NCBI GenBank assembly: GCA_003212795.1
Contig: QCOV01000004.1
Location: 11,762-75,761 of the forward strand
Source of the DNA: OCS116 cluster bacterium AG-435-F03
Lineage (GTDB): Bacteria; Pseudomonadota; Alphaproteobacteria; MED-G09
Direction of reading: 5' to 3'
DNA length: 64,000 bases
Part shown: piece after piece, positions 20,027 to 29,097 of the stretch
How the letters are laid out: the number at the start of each line of letters is the position of its first letter
Numbering within the stretch: position 1 is the first letter of the stretch
The notes under the pieces: model-generated
The model's input: the letters and a program-made list of their open reading frames with translations, nothing else
Databases searched by the model: none
What the model was told of the DNA's origin: nothing
Program-made: the position numbers and the translations under genes

Positions 20027-20941
20027 TTAGTGGGAATAAGGAACTAACGGACCAGTTCTATATGTGCCTCTGGATAATTCAGTAGCCACACTTGGAGCTA
20101 TTGGTAACCAACCTAATTCACTACGTGCACGATCAGATGTAATAATACACTCAATACAAGATAAATCTGCAAGCTCACCAAGAGCTTCTCTAGCTTCCTC
20201 AAGAGGCCAATGAACTACCTCAATTCCTGGGCCGAAATAATCTGCAATTAAAGTTGCATAATCTTTACTGCATGTAACTTCATCAGAAGCTGCATTATAG
20301 ATACCTTGAGCAGACTCATTTGTTACTATTTTAAGATAAAGATCTGAAAGTGGATCTACATGTATTGTACTGACCAAATTAGTACCTTCACCAATATGAA
20401 GAGATTTTCCTGATTCTCGAGCTCTAAAAATTAATCCTGTAAGCCAACCCCCTGCATGACCATAAATTAAACCCGGCCTTACGCTAGCCCCTCTAATGCC
20501 ATTCTCTGACATGGCTACTACTTGCAAATCATGACGTGCGCGCCATGCTCGAAGAGGATGTGGATTTTCAATTGGTTCGCTCTCATCACGAGGAACACCT
20601 TTAGTATCATTGTAAACAACACTTGCGCTAGTTGTAACAAAAACCTTACCAGTATCTTTAAATGCCTCCTCAACTGCCAAAATGAAATTCGTATCTAGTT
20701 TTTCCATTTCCTCATCATGAGAAGCTCCAATATGTACAACAGCGTCACATTCATCTGCTGTTTCACTAATAATTTCTGTATCAGCAAAACCACCAGCAAT
20801 CCATTTAACATTATCTCTCTCTTCAAGATTAGGAATATGGTGAGGTCTAACGAGTGCATGGACCTCATGACCATTATTGACAAAATGATTTAGTGCATGG
20901 GCACCTGCATGACCAGTGCAGCCCGTCATTAATACTTTCAT
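20027..20941 (-). CDS. NAD(P)-dependent epimerase/dehydratase family (extended SDR)
   Basis: 'MKVLMTGCTGHAGAHAL' Rossmann motif. RBS 'GAGGAGGGG' lies 6 nt upstream of the ATG at 20941, so the longer ORF-track start at 20956 is unlikely. Confidence 0.6.
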   Translation of the reverse strand: MKVLMTGCTGHAGAHALNHFVNNGHEVHALVRPHHIPNLEERDNVKWIAGGFADTEIISETADECDAVVHIGASHDEEMEKLDTNFILAVEEAFKDTGKVFVTTSASVVYNDTKGVPRDESEPIENPHPLRAWRARHDLQVVAMSENGIRGASVRPGLIYGHAGGWLTGLIFRARESGKSLHIGEGTNLVSTIHVDPLSDLYLKIVTNESAQGIYNAASDEVTCSKDYATLIADYFGPGIEVVHWPLEEAREALGELADLSCIECIITSDRARSELGWLPIAPSVATELSRGTYRTGPLVPYSH

Positions 20942-21010
20942 AGAACCCCTCCTCATAAAAACTTAACTTAAAATAGAATATTAATTAATTCAACCGGAGG
21001 ATATGGTTCA

Positions 21011-21050
21011 CAAAAAAATAATGCCCAGAGTTTTGCAACTCTGAGCATTA
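21011..21050 (-). terminator. Rho-independent terminator downstream of the TonB-dependent receptor
   Basis: On the minus strand, 'TAATGCTCAGAGTTGCAAAACTCTGGGCATTA' forms an 11-bp stem (1 mismatch) with a 4-nt loop, followed by 'TTTTTTT'. Confidence 0.55.
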
Positions 21051-21072
21051 CCTCAATAAATTTTAATATTAG

Positions 21073-23436
21073 TTAAAATTTATAATTTAATTTAAGACCA
21101 TAATTTCTTCCTGGTAAAGGAACCTCATTTTTAACAAATGAAGCGTGATTTCTGGCCACTTCGTCAAGAAGATTCTTACCAAATAATGAGAAACTTATTT
21201 CATTTTGATTATTTAGAACAAAAGTCTTTTTTAAAGAGAAATCAAGCATTTCATAGGCTTCGGTTTCAGTTTCACCTTCACCAATATCATTTTGCTCTTC
21301 AACATCTTTATAAGTCAATCTTGCTAAAAGATTATCCTCTGAATAAGAAACAGTTATAATATTTCTTGCAGGTACAATTCTTGGGATATTCATACCATTC
21401 TTAAATTCACCTGTAACTGAGTCTCTGCCGAGTGATAAAGTAAGATTACCTCTATCAAAAGTAAAAATCTGACTTATTTCAAACTCATAACCTTCAAGTT
21501 CAGCATCTTTTTGTAGGAAGTTTGCTAAAATAAGACCACCATGGTCATCATGATCACCATGCTCTTCATGCTCTTCATGCTCTTCTTCCGTTTCATCTTG
21601 TAGATAGATGTAGTTATCAATGTCATTTTTGAAAATATTACCTCTAAAAGAGAAATTATTATTTTTATAAAATATATTCAAATCAATGTTGTTAGCACTC
21701 TCAGATTCAAGTTCTGTATTGCCAACTTCAAAGCGGCCAGTAACTAAATGAGCTCCATTCATATATAGCTCTACTGGTGATGGTGCTCTTTCAACTCTTG
21801 CTAGGCCTAGACTAACTGTAAAGTTATCATTAACTTCTCTCGAAAAATTAACAGCAAAACTTGTTTCGCTATAATCTTTATTAAAGTAGTCAATTTCCTC
21901 TTCATGTTCGTCTTCATCATGATGTTCGTCTTCATCGTGATGTTCGTCTTCATCATGATGTTCGTCTTCATCATGATGCTCTTCTTCATGATGAGCTAAT
22001 GAACCTTTACGAGAAATATCATCATACCTAATACCGAAATCAATATCTAATAATCCGAATTCTTTAGACAAATAATAACCAATGGATAATTCTTCATTAT
22101 CTGTTGGCCTCATAAAAGCTTCAGCACCAACTATAGAAATTTCTTCTTCTACATAATTGATAGATAATTTTTGCTTAACAACATCATTTGTTAAATCAAA
22201 AACAAAACCTAGTTCCTTGGATTTATTTTCAAAATTTGTTGGACCTTCAGCATGGCCATGTTCATCATGTTCATCTTCATCATGATGCTCTTCTTCATCG
22301 TGATGCTCTTCTTCATCGTGATGCTCTTCTTCAGCATGTTGCTCAGTATGAAGATAGTCTGAAGATCTAAAGAAATAATTAATTTTTTTCAGCCAAGAAC
22401 TATTAACTACATAAGAACCTTCAACATCAAAAATATCAGATTCTGTATTGGAAAAGATTCTTTCACCTTCATGTTCATCATGACCTTCATGTTCGTCTTC
22501 ATCATGATGCTCTTCTTCATCGTGATGCTCATCTTCATCATGATGCTCTTCTTTACCATGCATTCCATGATCTTCATGACCATCACCATGGAATGGAACA
22601 CCAAAAAGACTTTCAGAGTTCTTATAAGAAATACCGAAATATCCCCATTCACCTGTTTTTGAAATACCAAATCTTTGTGATGTTGACTCAAAGTCAGAGT
22701 TTTCTAAGTAACCAAGATTTTCTTCTTCGTGGTGCTCATCTTCATCGTGATGCTCATCTTCATCGTGATGCTCATCTTCATCGTGATGCTCATCCTCGGT
22801 ATGAATTATTGCACCATTTGGAATATCATAATTATCAAACTGAGAATCTTTATAAGCCAAACTTACATTGAAACCACCAATGTTATTTTGATAAGAAAAA
22901 CTTCCACTTTCTCCGTCGTTAACAGATTGGGTTTCTAAAGCAATATTAAATTTGGGTTCTTTAAAATCTTCTCTAGCAATTGTATTATCAATGATATTTA
23001 CTATGCCTCCAACAGTCCCACTAGAATATAGAAGTGATGATGGTCCTCTAACTATTTCTATTTGTTGAATATCATTTAAATCAACCTCATTCATATGATC
23101 GTCACCAATAGTAGAAACATCTCTCAGAGTTTTACCATTATTCATAATTCTAACTCTATTACCTGATAAACCACGAATGATAGGATGACCAACAGCTGCG
23201 CCAAAATCTGAAGATTGAATTCCAAGAAGATTATCAAGTGACTCACCTAAGCTAACTGTGGTGTCAAAAGTTGCATCATCTCCCCCAATTACATGAATTG
23301 GATCGTCTAGGTCTGATAGGTTTGTATCAATGTAAGATGATGTAACTATAATTTCATCTATCTCATTCGAATATATTTTTTCGTTGTGTATTATTAAAGT
23401 ACCCACAAACAAAAGTACTAAAAGTAAATTTTTCAA
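21073..23436 (-). CDS. TonB-dependent outer-membrane receptor with five His/Asp/Glu-rich (HHDEDE)n inserts
   Basis: TTG start with RBS 'AAAGGAGAT'. Signal peptide. TonB box 'DEIIVTSSY'. Plug and barrel organisation. C-terminal '...LKLNYKF' ending in Phe. The five His-rich inserts are listed as repeats below. Confidence 0.8.
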   Translation of the reverse strand: MKNLLLVLLFVGTLIIHNEKIYSNEIDEIIVTSSYIDTNLSDLDDPIHVIGGDDATFDTTVSLGESLDNLLGIQSSDFGAAVGHPIIRGLSGNRVRIMNNGKTLRDVSTIGDDHMNEVDLNDIQQIEIVRGPSSLLYSSGTVGGIVNIIDNTIAREDFKEPKFNIALETQSVNDGESGSFSYQNNIGGFNVSLAYKDSQFDNYDIPNGAIIHTEDEHHDEDEHHDEDEHHDEDEHHEEENLGYLENSDFESTSQRFGISKTGEWGYFGISYKNSESLFGVPFHGDGHEDHGMHGKEEHHDEDEHHDEEEHHDEDEHEGHDEHEGERIFSNTESDIFDVEGSYVVNSSWLKKINYFFRSSDYLHTEQHAEEEHHDEEEHHDEEEHHDEDEHDEHGHAEGPTNFENKSKELGFVFDLTNDVVKQKLSINYVEEEISIVGAEAFMRPTDNEELSIGYYLSKEFGLLDIDFGIRYDDISRKGSLAHHEEEHHDEDEHHDEDEHHDEDEHHDEDEHEEEIDYFNKDYSETSFAVNFSREVNDNFTVSLGLARVERAPSPVELYMNGAHLVTGRFEVGNTELESESANNIDLNIFYKNNNFSFRGNIFKNDIDNYIYLQDETEEEHEEHEEHGDHDDHGGLILANFLQKDAELEGYEFEISQIFTFDRGNLTLSLGRDSVTGEFKNGMNIPRIVPARNIITVSYSEDNLLARLTYKDVEEQNDIGEGETETEAYEMLDFSLKKTFVLNNQNEISFSLFGKNLLDEVARNHASFVKNEVPLPGRNYGLKLNYKF
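21538..21591 (-). repeat. Repeat tract 5 encoding 'TEEEHEEHEEHGDHDDHGG'
   Basis: Plus strand 'ctcttcatg' 9-nt unit repeated three times. Confidence 0.7.
21898..21996 (-). repeat. Repeat tract 4 encoding 'AHHEEEHHDEDEHHDEDEHHDEDEHHDEDEHEEE'
   Basis: Plus strand 'gttcgtcttcatcatgat' repeated four times, near-perfect. Confidence 0.85.
22249..22341 (-). repeat. Repeat tract 3 encoding 'HAEEEHHDEEEHHDEEEHHDEDEHDEHGHAEG'
   Basis: Plus strand 'gatgctcttcttcatcgt' repeated three times. Confidence 0.8.
22462..22587 (-). repeat. Repeat tract 2 encoding 'HGDGHEDHGMHGKEEHHDEDEHHDEEEHHDEDEHEGHDEHEGE'
   Basis: Imperfect tandem 18-nt units (catcatgatg/ctcttcttcatcgtgatg). Confidence 0.75.
22723..22803 (-). 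repeat. In-frame tandem 18-nt repeat tract 1 encoding 'HTEDEHHDEDEHHDEDEHHDEDEHHEEE'
   Basis: Plus strand shows 'gatgctcatcttcatcgt' repeated three times. Confidence 0.8.
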
Positions 23437-23473
23437 TTTTATCTCCTTTTTAAATTTACATAAGAAATGAAAT

Positions 23474-23758
23474 TTAAATTTGAGGAGGTCCTCTGGAGTA
23501 AAATTTAGAAATATTGTTGTCTAAAAATTGATTATCTACTTTCTGAATAAAATAAAAAGTAGTATGGAATTGATCCCCAAAAGTTGCTATTTGATTATCA
23601 AACTCAGGGGCAACATTAACACAAAAATCACAATCTATTTCTACAGACATATGATCATGATGATCATGATGTTCGTGCAATATCTCTTCGGCTGAAACCG
23701 AAGTAAAAAATAACAAAGCTATAAAGAAAGCCAGTGTTTTATTAGATAAATTGTGCAT
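23474..23758 (-). CDS. Small secreted His-rich protein (candidate periplasmic metal-binding partner of the receptor)
   Basis: Signal peptide 'MHNLSNKTLAFFIALLFFTSVSA', then 'EEILHEHHDHHDHMSVEIDCDFC'. The stop lies 37 nt upstream of the receptor start on the same strand. Confidence 0.5.
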   Translation of the reverse strand: MHNLSNKTLAFFIALLFFTSVSAEEILHEHHDHHDHMSVEIDCDFCVNVAPEFDNQIATFGDQFHTTFYFIQKVDNQFLDNNISKFYSRGPPQI

Positions 23759-23795
23759 AGCGAGTTAAATATTAAAGATATCGCATAAAGTCAAA

Positions 23796-24407
23796 CTATA
23801 TAAGCAATTCCTCTACTTGCCATAATGTGTCTTTTCCAAAGAATATTTGATCGCCGACAAAAAAAGTTGGTATACCAAAAACCCCTCTTTCAACAGCTGA
23901 TTCAGTATTAGATATTAGTTTTGCTTTAACATCTGGATCCTGCATTTGACTCATTAATTTATCCGCATCTAATCCTGATTCAAGAAATGCTTCTTTGATG
24001 ACTTCTGGATCATCCATTTTCTTGGGTTGCTCCCACATATGAACTAATACTTTATCTATATAATCTTCAAGATAGCCATCCATTTCAGCAGCAATTGCAC
24101 CTCTTATAATTTGTAAACTTATTACCGGAAAGTGCGGATTCATTTGAAAAGATTGTAAACCATGTCTTTCAATAAATCTCGTTATTTCAAGTGATTGGTA
24201 TTCTAATTTACCTTTTACCTCAGCAAATTGAACCATTGGTGGGTTGTTATTAGTAGCCTTAAATATACCTCCCAAGAGAACAGGAATATAATTAACTTTA
24301 GCACCCGTTTTTTCAGAAATTGATTTAAGCACTTTATGACTTAAATATGCATTTGGACTAGCAAAATCAAAATAAAAATCTACTTCTTTGGTCATCATCT
24401 TCTCCAA
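23796..24407 (-). CDS. DsbA-like thioredoxin-fold protein / 2-hydroxychromene-2-carboxylate isomerase family (kappa-class GST-like)
   Basis: N-terminal 'VDFYFDFASPNAYL' is characteristic of the HCCA isomerase/DsbA-like family; 203 aa. Confidence 0.55.
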   Translation of the reverse strand: MEKMMTKEVDFYFDFASPNAYLSHKVLKSISEKTGAKVNYIPVLLGGIFKATNNNPPMVQFAEVKGKLEYQSLEITRFIERHGLQSFQMNPHFPVISLQIIRGAIAAEMDGYLEDYIDKVLVHMWEQPKKMDDPEVIKEAFLESGLDADKLMSQMQDPDVKAKLISNTESAVERGVFGIPTFFVGDQIFFGKDTLWQVEELLI

Positions 24408-24496
24408 TATTACTTAATTATTAATATTATATATTTTAAATAGTTTAGAAAGAAATAATTAAGAGATAATTTGATTTATAATGATATTATTTAACT

Positions 24497-25399
24497 ATGA
24501 TCTATTTCTATTTAATCATTTTTTTATTTGTAAGTATTTTCTTTAAAATACCTATTTTAGCGATATTTGGTGGAATAATTTTTAGTCTGATGTTTAAAAC
24601 TAAAAATGAATTTATTACGAAAAAATATTCAACAATTATTTTGCAGACTGGAATAGTTCTTCTTGGCTTTTCAATTAATTATCAATCAGCAATTAATTCT
24701 AGCTTGCAATACATGCCTGCAATATCAACATTTGTTGTATTAACTTTTACATTTGTTTTTTTATTAGGTCTTTCACTTAAAATTGATAAAAATTATTCTC
24801 TTTTAGTTGCTTCTGGATCATCAATTTGTGGTGGAACGGCAATGGTATCTATTGCACCAATTATTAAATCAAAAAATGAAGATTTAGCTGCAGCTTTAGC
24901 AATAATATTCATTCTAAATGCCTTAGGAGTATTTCTTTTTCCATTTATAGGGGAATTATTAAATTTATCTCAAAGTCAATTTGGAGTATGGGCCGCGACT
25001 GTAATTCATGATACTAGCGCGGTCATAGGCGCTTCAATGAGTTACGGGTATGAGTCTCTGGAGACTGCATCAACATTAAAACTAGGGCGAACTTTATGGT
25101 TAATACCATTAATTATGTTAATAAGCATAACTGAGAAGAGTGATAAAAAACATTTTCCATTCCCAATGTTTGTTATTTTTTTTATTTTAGCAATTATTTC
25201 AGGGTCTTATTTCAATACAACTATAGAAAAAGAAATTATCAGAAATGTTAGCCAAATTTTGCTCCTTATTGGTTTATTTTCGGTTGGAACACAAATAACA
25301 TTTAAGAATTTGAAAAATATTGATTCAAAGAAATTAATTTATCCAATTATTTCATGGATATTGATAATACCTTTTTCTTTTTTTATTGTTTTTCTCTAG
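24497..25399 (+). CDS. YeiH/UPF0324-like putative sulfate exporter family membrane protein
   Basis: 300 aa polytopic membrane protein; 'GVWAATVIHDTSAVIGA' resembles the YeiH family. Confidence 0.45.
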   Translation: MIYFYLIIFLFVSIFFKIPILAIFGGIIFSLMFKTKNEFITKKYSTIILQTGIVLLGFSINYQSAINSSLQYMPAISTFVVLTFTFVFLLGLSLKIDKNYSLLVASGSSICGGTAMVSIAPIIKSKNEDLAAALAIIFILNALGVFLFPFIGELLNLSQSQFGVWAATVIHDTSAVIGASMSYGYESLETASTLKLGRTLWLIPLIMLISITEKSDKKHFPFPMFVIFFILAIISGSYFNTTIEKEIIRNVSQILLLIGLFSVGTQITFKNLKNIDSKKLIYPIISWILIIPFSFFIVFL

Positions 25400-25431
25400 T
25401 TTAAGGCGAAGTCTTTTGAAATAGATATTTC

Positions 25432-26622
25432 TTAATCATTTTTAACTACTAATTTACCTTCATCTATCAATCTTTGTTGTAGTGACTTTTCATAACCAAG
25501 ATCCGAAAGTATCTCTAAGCCATGTTCACCTAATTTTGGTGCTGGTCTTACAATTTCACTTTCTGTTTCACTAAATCTTGCAGCCGGGCGTGCCTGCCTT
25601 ATTTGACCAAATCCATCAAAGTTATCATACAAAATTGTTTCATTTGCAGTTATTTGCTCATGATCCATTAATTCCATCCTATCAAGCAATGGGGCGCAAG
25701 GAACTCCTTCCTTTTGAAATCTTTCAAGTAAATCGTCACTATTCCACTTAGAAATTTCTTCTCCAGTCAGCTCTTTTCTCTCTTGTGCATTTACCATGCG
25801 AGAAGAAGAGTCTGAGAATCTTTCATCATCTATCAAATCTTCTCTGTCCAGAGCCCTGCACATTCCTCGCCATTCAGCATCAGAAACAGCACCAGCAGTG
25901 ATATAACGATCTTTTGCTTTATAAATTAAATCTTGTGTTCCTTGAATCTTTCGAACATCAAATTCCTTATCCTCGTAAACTAAACCAGCCATACCTTCAG
26001 GCCAGAAAAAAGCGAGCATACTATCTAACATTGATAAACTAATATGCTGCCCAGTGCCTGATACCTCTCTAGCATAGAGAGCTGATGAAACTGCTTGAGC
26101 AGCTGTCAATGCTGTCGTCTTATCAGCAATAATTATACGGAACATTTTAGGTCTTCCAGTATCTCTATCAGCTTGAATATCTGTTGCTCCCGATAAAGCT
26201 TGAATAACTGGATCATATACTCGTGATTGAGAGTAAGGACCTTTTTCACCAAAACCACTAATTGATAAATAAATAATTTTTTTATTTAACTTTCGAATGA
26301 CTTTTTCGCTAAAACCCATTCGATCAATGGCTCCTGGTCTAAAATTTTGCATGAAGACATCTGCATCTTCAACTAGTTTTAACAAAATTTCTTTTCCTTC
26401 TTTTGATTTTAAATCAATCGCTAATGATTTCTTACCTCTATTTACGGAGTAAAATGGTGCATTTACACCATTATGAGGCGTTGCCATATGTCGAACTTGA
26501 TCCCCAATAACTGGCTCAACTTTAATTACCTCTGCACCCTGGTCGGCCAAAATCATTGAGCACATTGGTCCTGATACCATACTTGTAAGATCAATTATTT
26601 TTATGCCTTTAAGTGGTCCCAT
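25432..26622 (-). CDS. CoA-transferase family III (CaiB/BaiF)
   Basis: N-terminal 'GPLKGIKIIDLTSMVSGPMCSMILADQGAEVIKVE' is a canonical CaiB/BaiF start. Confidence 0.7.
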   Translation of the reverse strand: MGPLKGIKIIDLTSMVSGPMCSMILADQGAEVIKVEPVIGDQVRHMATPHNGVNAPFYSVNRGKKSLAIDLKSKEGKEILLKLVEDADVFMQNFRPGAIDRMGFSEKVIRKLNKKIIYLSISGFGEKGPYSQSRVYDPVIQALSGATDIQADRDTGRPKMFRIIIADKTTALTAAQAVSSALYAREVSGTGQHISLSMLDSMLAFFWPEGMAGLVYEDKEFDVRKIQGTQDLIYKAKDRYITAGAVSDAEWRGMCRALDREDLIDDERFSDSSSRMVNAQERKELTGEEISKWNSDDLLERFQKEGVPCAPLLDRMELMDHEQITANETILYDNFDGFGQIRQARPAARFSETESEIVRPAPKLGEHGLEILSDLGYEKSLQQRLIDEGKLVVKND

Positions 26623-27277
26623 TATTAGCTACCTCAGTTGATTTATAATTTGCTAACATTGCCTTTTTGAAAGCCGGTCTTTTTTTTATATTTTCTCTAT
26701 ATGACATAATATTATCAGGTAATTTAAACTCATAATAAATTGCCCAGTCAAGACAAGAAATAAGCATGATATCTGCTAATCCAAATCCTTTATCAAGAAT
26801 GGATTTTTTATTTTTTATAAAATTATCAATTATTGCCAGATGCTTATCTAAATGCTCTCTACAAGCTTTTACTACAATTGGTGAGTCACCGTAAATCGAT
26901 TTGAGATCATAATGCCTTCTCATTACATAAAGAGCTGTTTCGTCAATTTCTCCATAAATGTAACTACACCATTCATCTTCTTTTGCTTTATCAATATTAT
27001 TCTTTGGTATAAATATTTTGTCAGATGGAAAGGTATATTGCAAATATCTACATATAGCTAAACTTTCAGACAATTTGATTTCACCATTTTCCAAAAATGG
27101 TATTTTTTGTTTAGGGTTGAGGTCTGTGTATTCTTTTGATTGTGTCTCACCAGTTCTTGGGCCAATAGGCATTAATTCATAATCTATTCCTAGCTCTTCA
27201 GCCATCCAAATTGGTCTTAGCGTTCTAGTTGTGCCAGCGCCCCATAATTTAATTTTATTTTCCAATATAGATCTCAA
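26609..27277 (-). CDS. Glutathione S-transferase
   Basis: GST N-domain 'IPFLENGEIKLSESLAICRYL'; overlaps the downstream CoA-transferase start by 14 nt. Confidence 0.55.
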   Translation of the reverse strand: MRSILENKIKLWGAGTTRTLRPIWMAEELGIDYELMPIGPRTGETQSKEYTDLNPKQKIPFLENGEIKLSESLAICRYLQYTFPSDKIFIPKNNIDKAKEDEWCSYIYGEIDETALYVMRRHYDLKSIYGDSPIVVKACREHLDKHLAIIDNFIKNKKSILDKGFGLADIMLISCLDWAIYYEFKLPDNIMSYRENIKKRPAFKKAMLANYKSTEVANNGTT

Positions 27278-27295
27278 AAATTCATTTTTAAAATA

Positions 27296-28165
27296 TCATA
27301 ATCTTTTTTTAGGGAAAATTAAAAGTTGATTGGTTTTGTCCATATAATCTTTATAACCATCTCTTTTAACTAAACTTCTATCATCCATCATTTTACAAGT
27401 AATCAATGCAAACATAAGATTCATAGATAATGGACATATAAATAAATACCAGTAAGAGGTATCAACAGCCAATGTCATGAAGAAGATTCCCCACCAAAAA
27501 AGAATTTCTCCTAAATAATTAGGGTGCCTTGAATATGACCAAAGACCAGTTTTTATAAATTTATTTTTATTATCTTTATTTTTTTTAAACTTCCAAAGCT
27601 GATTATCTGATATTAATTCTAATGTGACAGCCATAATAGTATAAAAACTGGCTAAATAAAGCCAATAACTCGATGTATTTGTTGATACAGATAAACCATA
27701 ATACAATGGCAAAAGAGACAAATTTACTTGCAGAGTAGGATATAAATGAATGCCAAAAAAATCTATGAATGAGGCAAATTTTAACTCTTTGAGGTCTTCA
27801 TAACGAAAATCCTCATCATATAAACCTTCCCATCTACGTGCCCAATTATATGTTAGTCGAATACCCCAATATAAAACGGGAATAAAAAATAAGAATATCT
27901 TCTCGTAATCTAGGTTTTCGGAATCCGGCCAAAAAGAAATATATATTACAATTGGTATAGGCGCTATTGACCAGAAAGGATCATAAAAACTTGAATTTTT
28001 AAATAGTAAACTAGCTATATAAACTATAACAGTCGCTATTATATGAGCAATTAGAACAGTTACCCATTGATTTAATACAATATTACTACATATTAAAATA
28101 CTTATAGCTAGAGCAAAAACATAAACTAGAAGGCAAATTATTAAACTTTTAACCTTTATTCCCAA
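27296..28165 (-). CDS. DUF1295 family membrane protein (steroid 5-alpha-reductase / ICMT-like fold)
   Basis: C-terminal 'YSRHPNYLGEILFWWGIFFM' motif; multiple TM helices. Confidence 0.5.
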   Translation of the reverse strand: MGIKVKSLIICLLVYVFALAISILICSNIVLNQWVTVLIAHIIATVIVYIASLLFKNSSFYDPFWSIAPIPIVIYISFWPDSENLDYEKIFLFFIPVLYWGIRLTYNWARRWEGLYDEDFRYEDLKELKFASFIDFFGIHLYPTLQVNLSLLPLYYGLSVSTNTSSYWLYLASFYTIMAVTLELISDNQLWKFKKNKDNKNKFIKTGLWSYSRHPNYLGEILFWWGIFFMTLAVDTSYWYLFICPLSMNLMFALITCKMMDDRSLVKRDGYKDYMDKTNQLLIFPKKRL

Positions 28166-29097
28166 TTAATAACCATCCTGCCTCTAGTACCTCCTGCATC
28201 CAGTCTTTTATGGGCCTCAAAAGCATTTTCTGGAGTTACTGTATCAGCTACTCTAAGAGATATAAGCCCTTCTTCAACTTGTTGACGAAGCTTATCAAGT
28301 TTATCGAAGTCGCAATCATATTCAATTACCCAAGTAGTGGTAAAATTTATATTTCTTTGAGGTTCTCCTCTAAATCCTCTTACACTTGTAAAAGATCCGT
28401 TGTCTTTAACAGCATCAATTGCTTTTTCATTTAATAAAGCTCCATCAGCAATACCATCAACACCTTCGGGAAAGACTTCTTTTATTTTTTCAGAAAAATT
28501 TTCACCTCTTGGTATTATATGATCGACACCTAATTCATTTAAAAGCTCAATATCATTTTCATTTGAATCCGCAATCACGGTTAAGCCATCGGCTTTTGCT
28601 AACTGAATTACATAACCCCCATAAGCACCTGGTCCACCAGTAACAGCAACAACTTGTCCTTTATTTAGATTTAATAAATCCAAAGAAAGTCGAGCTGTTA
28701 ATCCATTCATAGGTAATGTTGAAGACTCAGCAAAAGAATAGCCTTCCGGAGCCTTAACAACTGCAAACTGATTTAAAGTTATCTGCTCACGATATGCGCC
28801 GTGAAGTTCATTGGGTATAACCATTCCCATTACCTTATCACCAATACTTATGTCTGTTTCAACGCCTTCTCCAATTTGATCTACAATCCCAGAGATATCC
28901 ATTCCTGGAACTGATGGAAGAGGAAAATCTTTACGAAACTGAGATATTAAACCGCTTCTTGAAACAATATCTGTAGGATTTACAGCCGAAGCATAATTTT
29001 TAATTCTAATTTCTCCAGGACCCGCAGAAACCTCTGGAATATCCATTACTTCAAGAACTTCCGGATCCCCAAATTCTTTAAAACCAACTGCTCTCAT
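28156..29097 (-). CDS. Medium-chain dehydrogenase/reductase, NADPH:quinone oxidoreductase-like
   Basis: 'MRAVGFKEFGDPEVLEVMDIPE...' GroES-like and Rossmann domains ('VAVTGGPGAYGGYVIQLAK'). Confidence 0.6.
   Translation of the reverse strand: MRAVGFKEFGDPEVLEVMDIPEVSAGPGEIRIKNYASAVNPTDIVSRSGLISQFRKDFPLPSVPGMDISGIVDQIGEGVETDISIGDKVMGMVIPNELHGAYREQITLNQFAVVKAPEGYSFAESSTLPMNGLTARLSLDLLNLNKGQVVAVTGGPGAYGGYVIQLAKADGLTVIADSNENDIELLNELGVDHIIPRGENFSEKIKEVFPEGVDGIADGALLNEKAIDAVKDNGSFTSVRGFRGEPQRNINFTTTWVIEYDCDFDKLDKLRQQVEEGLISLRVADTVTPENAFEAHKRLDAGGTRGRMVINWE

Noticed and set aside
20942-20956. Longer start (MRRGS...) for the epimerase gene
   Set aside because: The extra codons are themselves the ribosome-binding site (GAGGAGGGG) for the ATG at 20941.
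21807-22938. Six short ORFs on both strands inside the receptor gene (21807-21989, 22188-22370, 22407-22691, 22471-22662, 22593-22871, 22729-22938) with odd His/Met/Leu-rich translations
   Set aside because: They are alternative-frame and antisense readings of the tandem HHDEDE-coding repeats. Low-complexity repeats remove stop codons in several frames; the long receptor frame explains the DNA.
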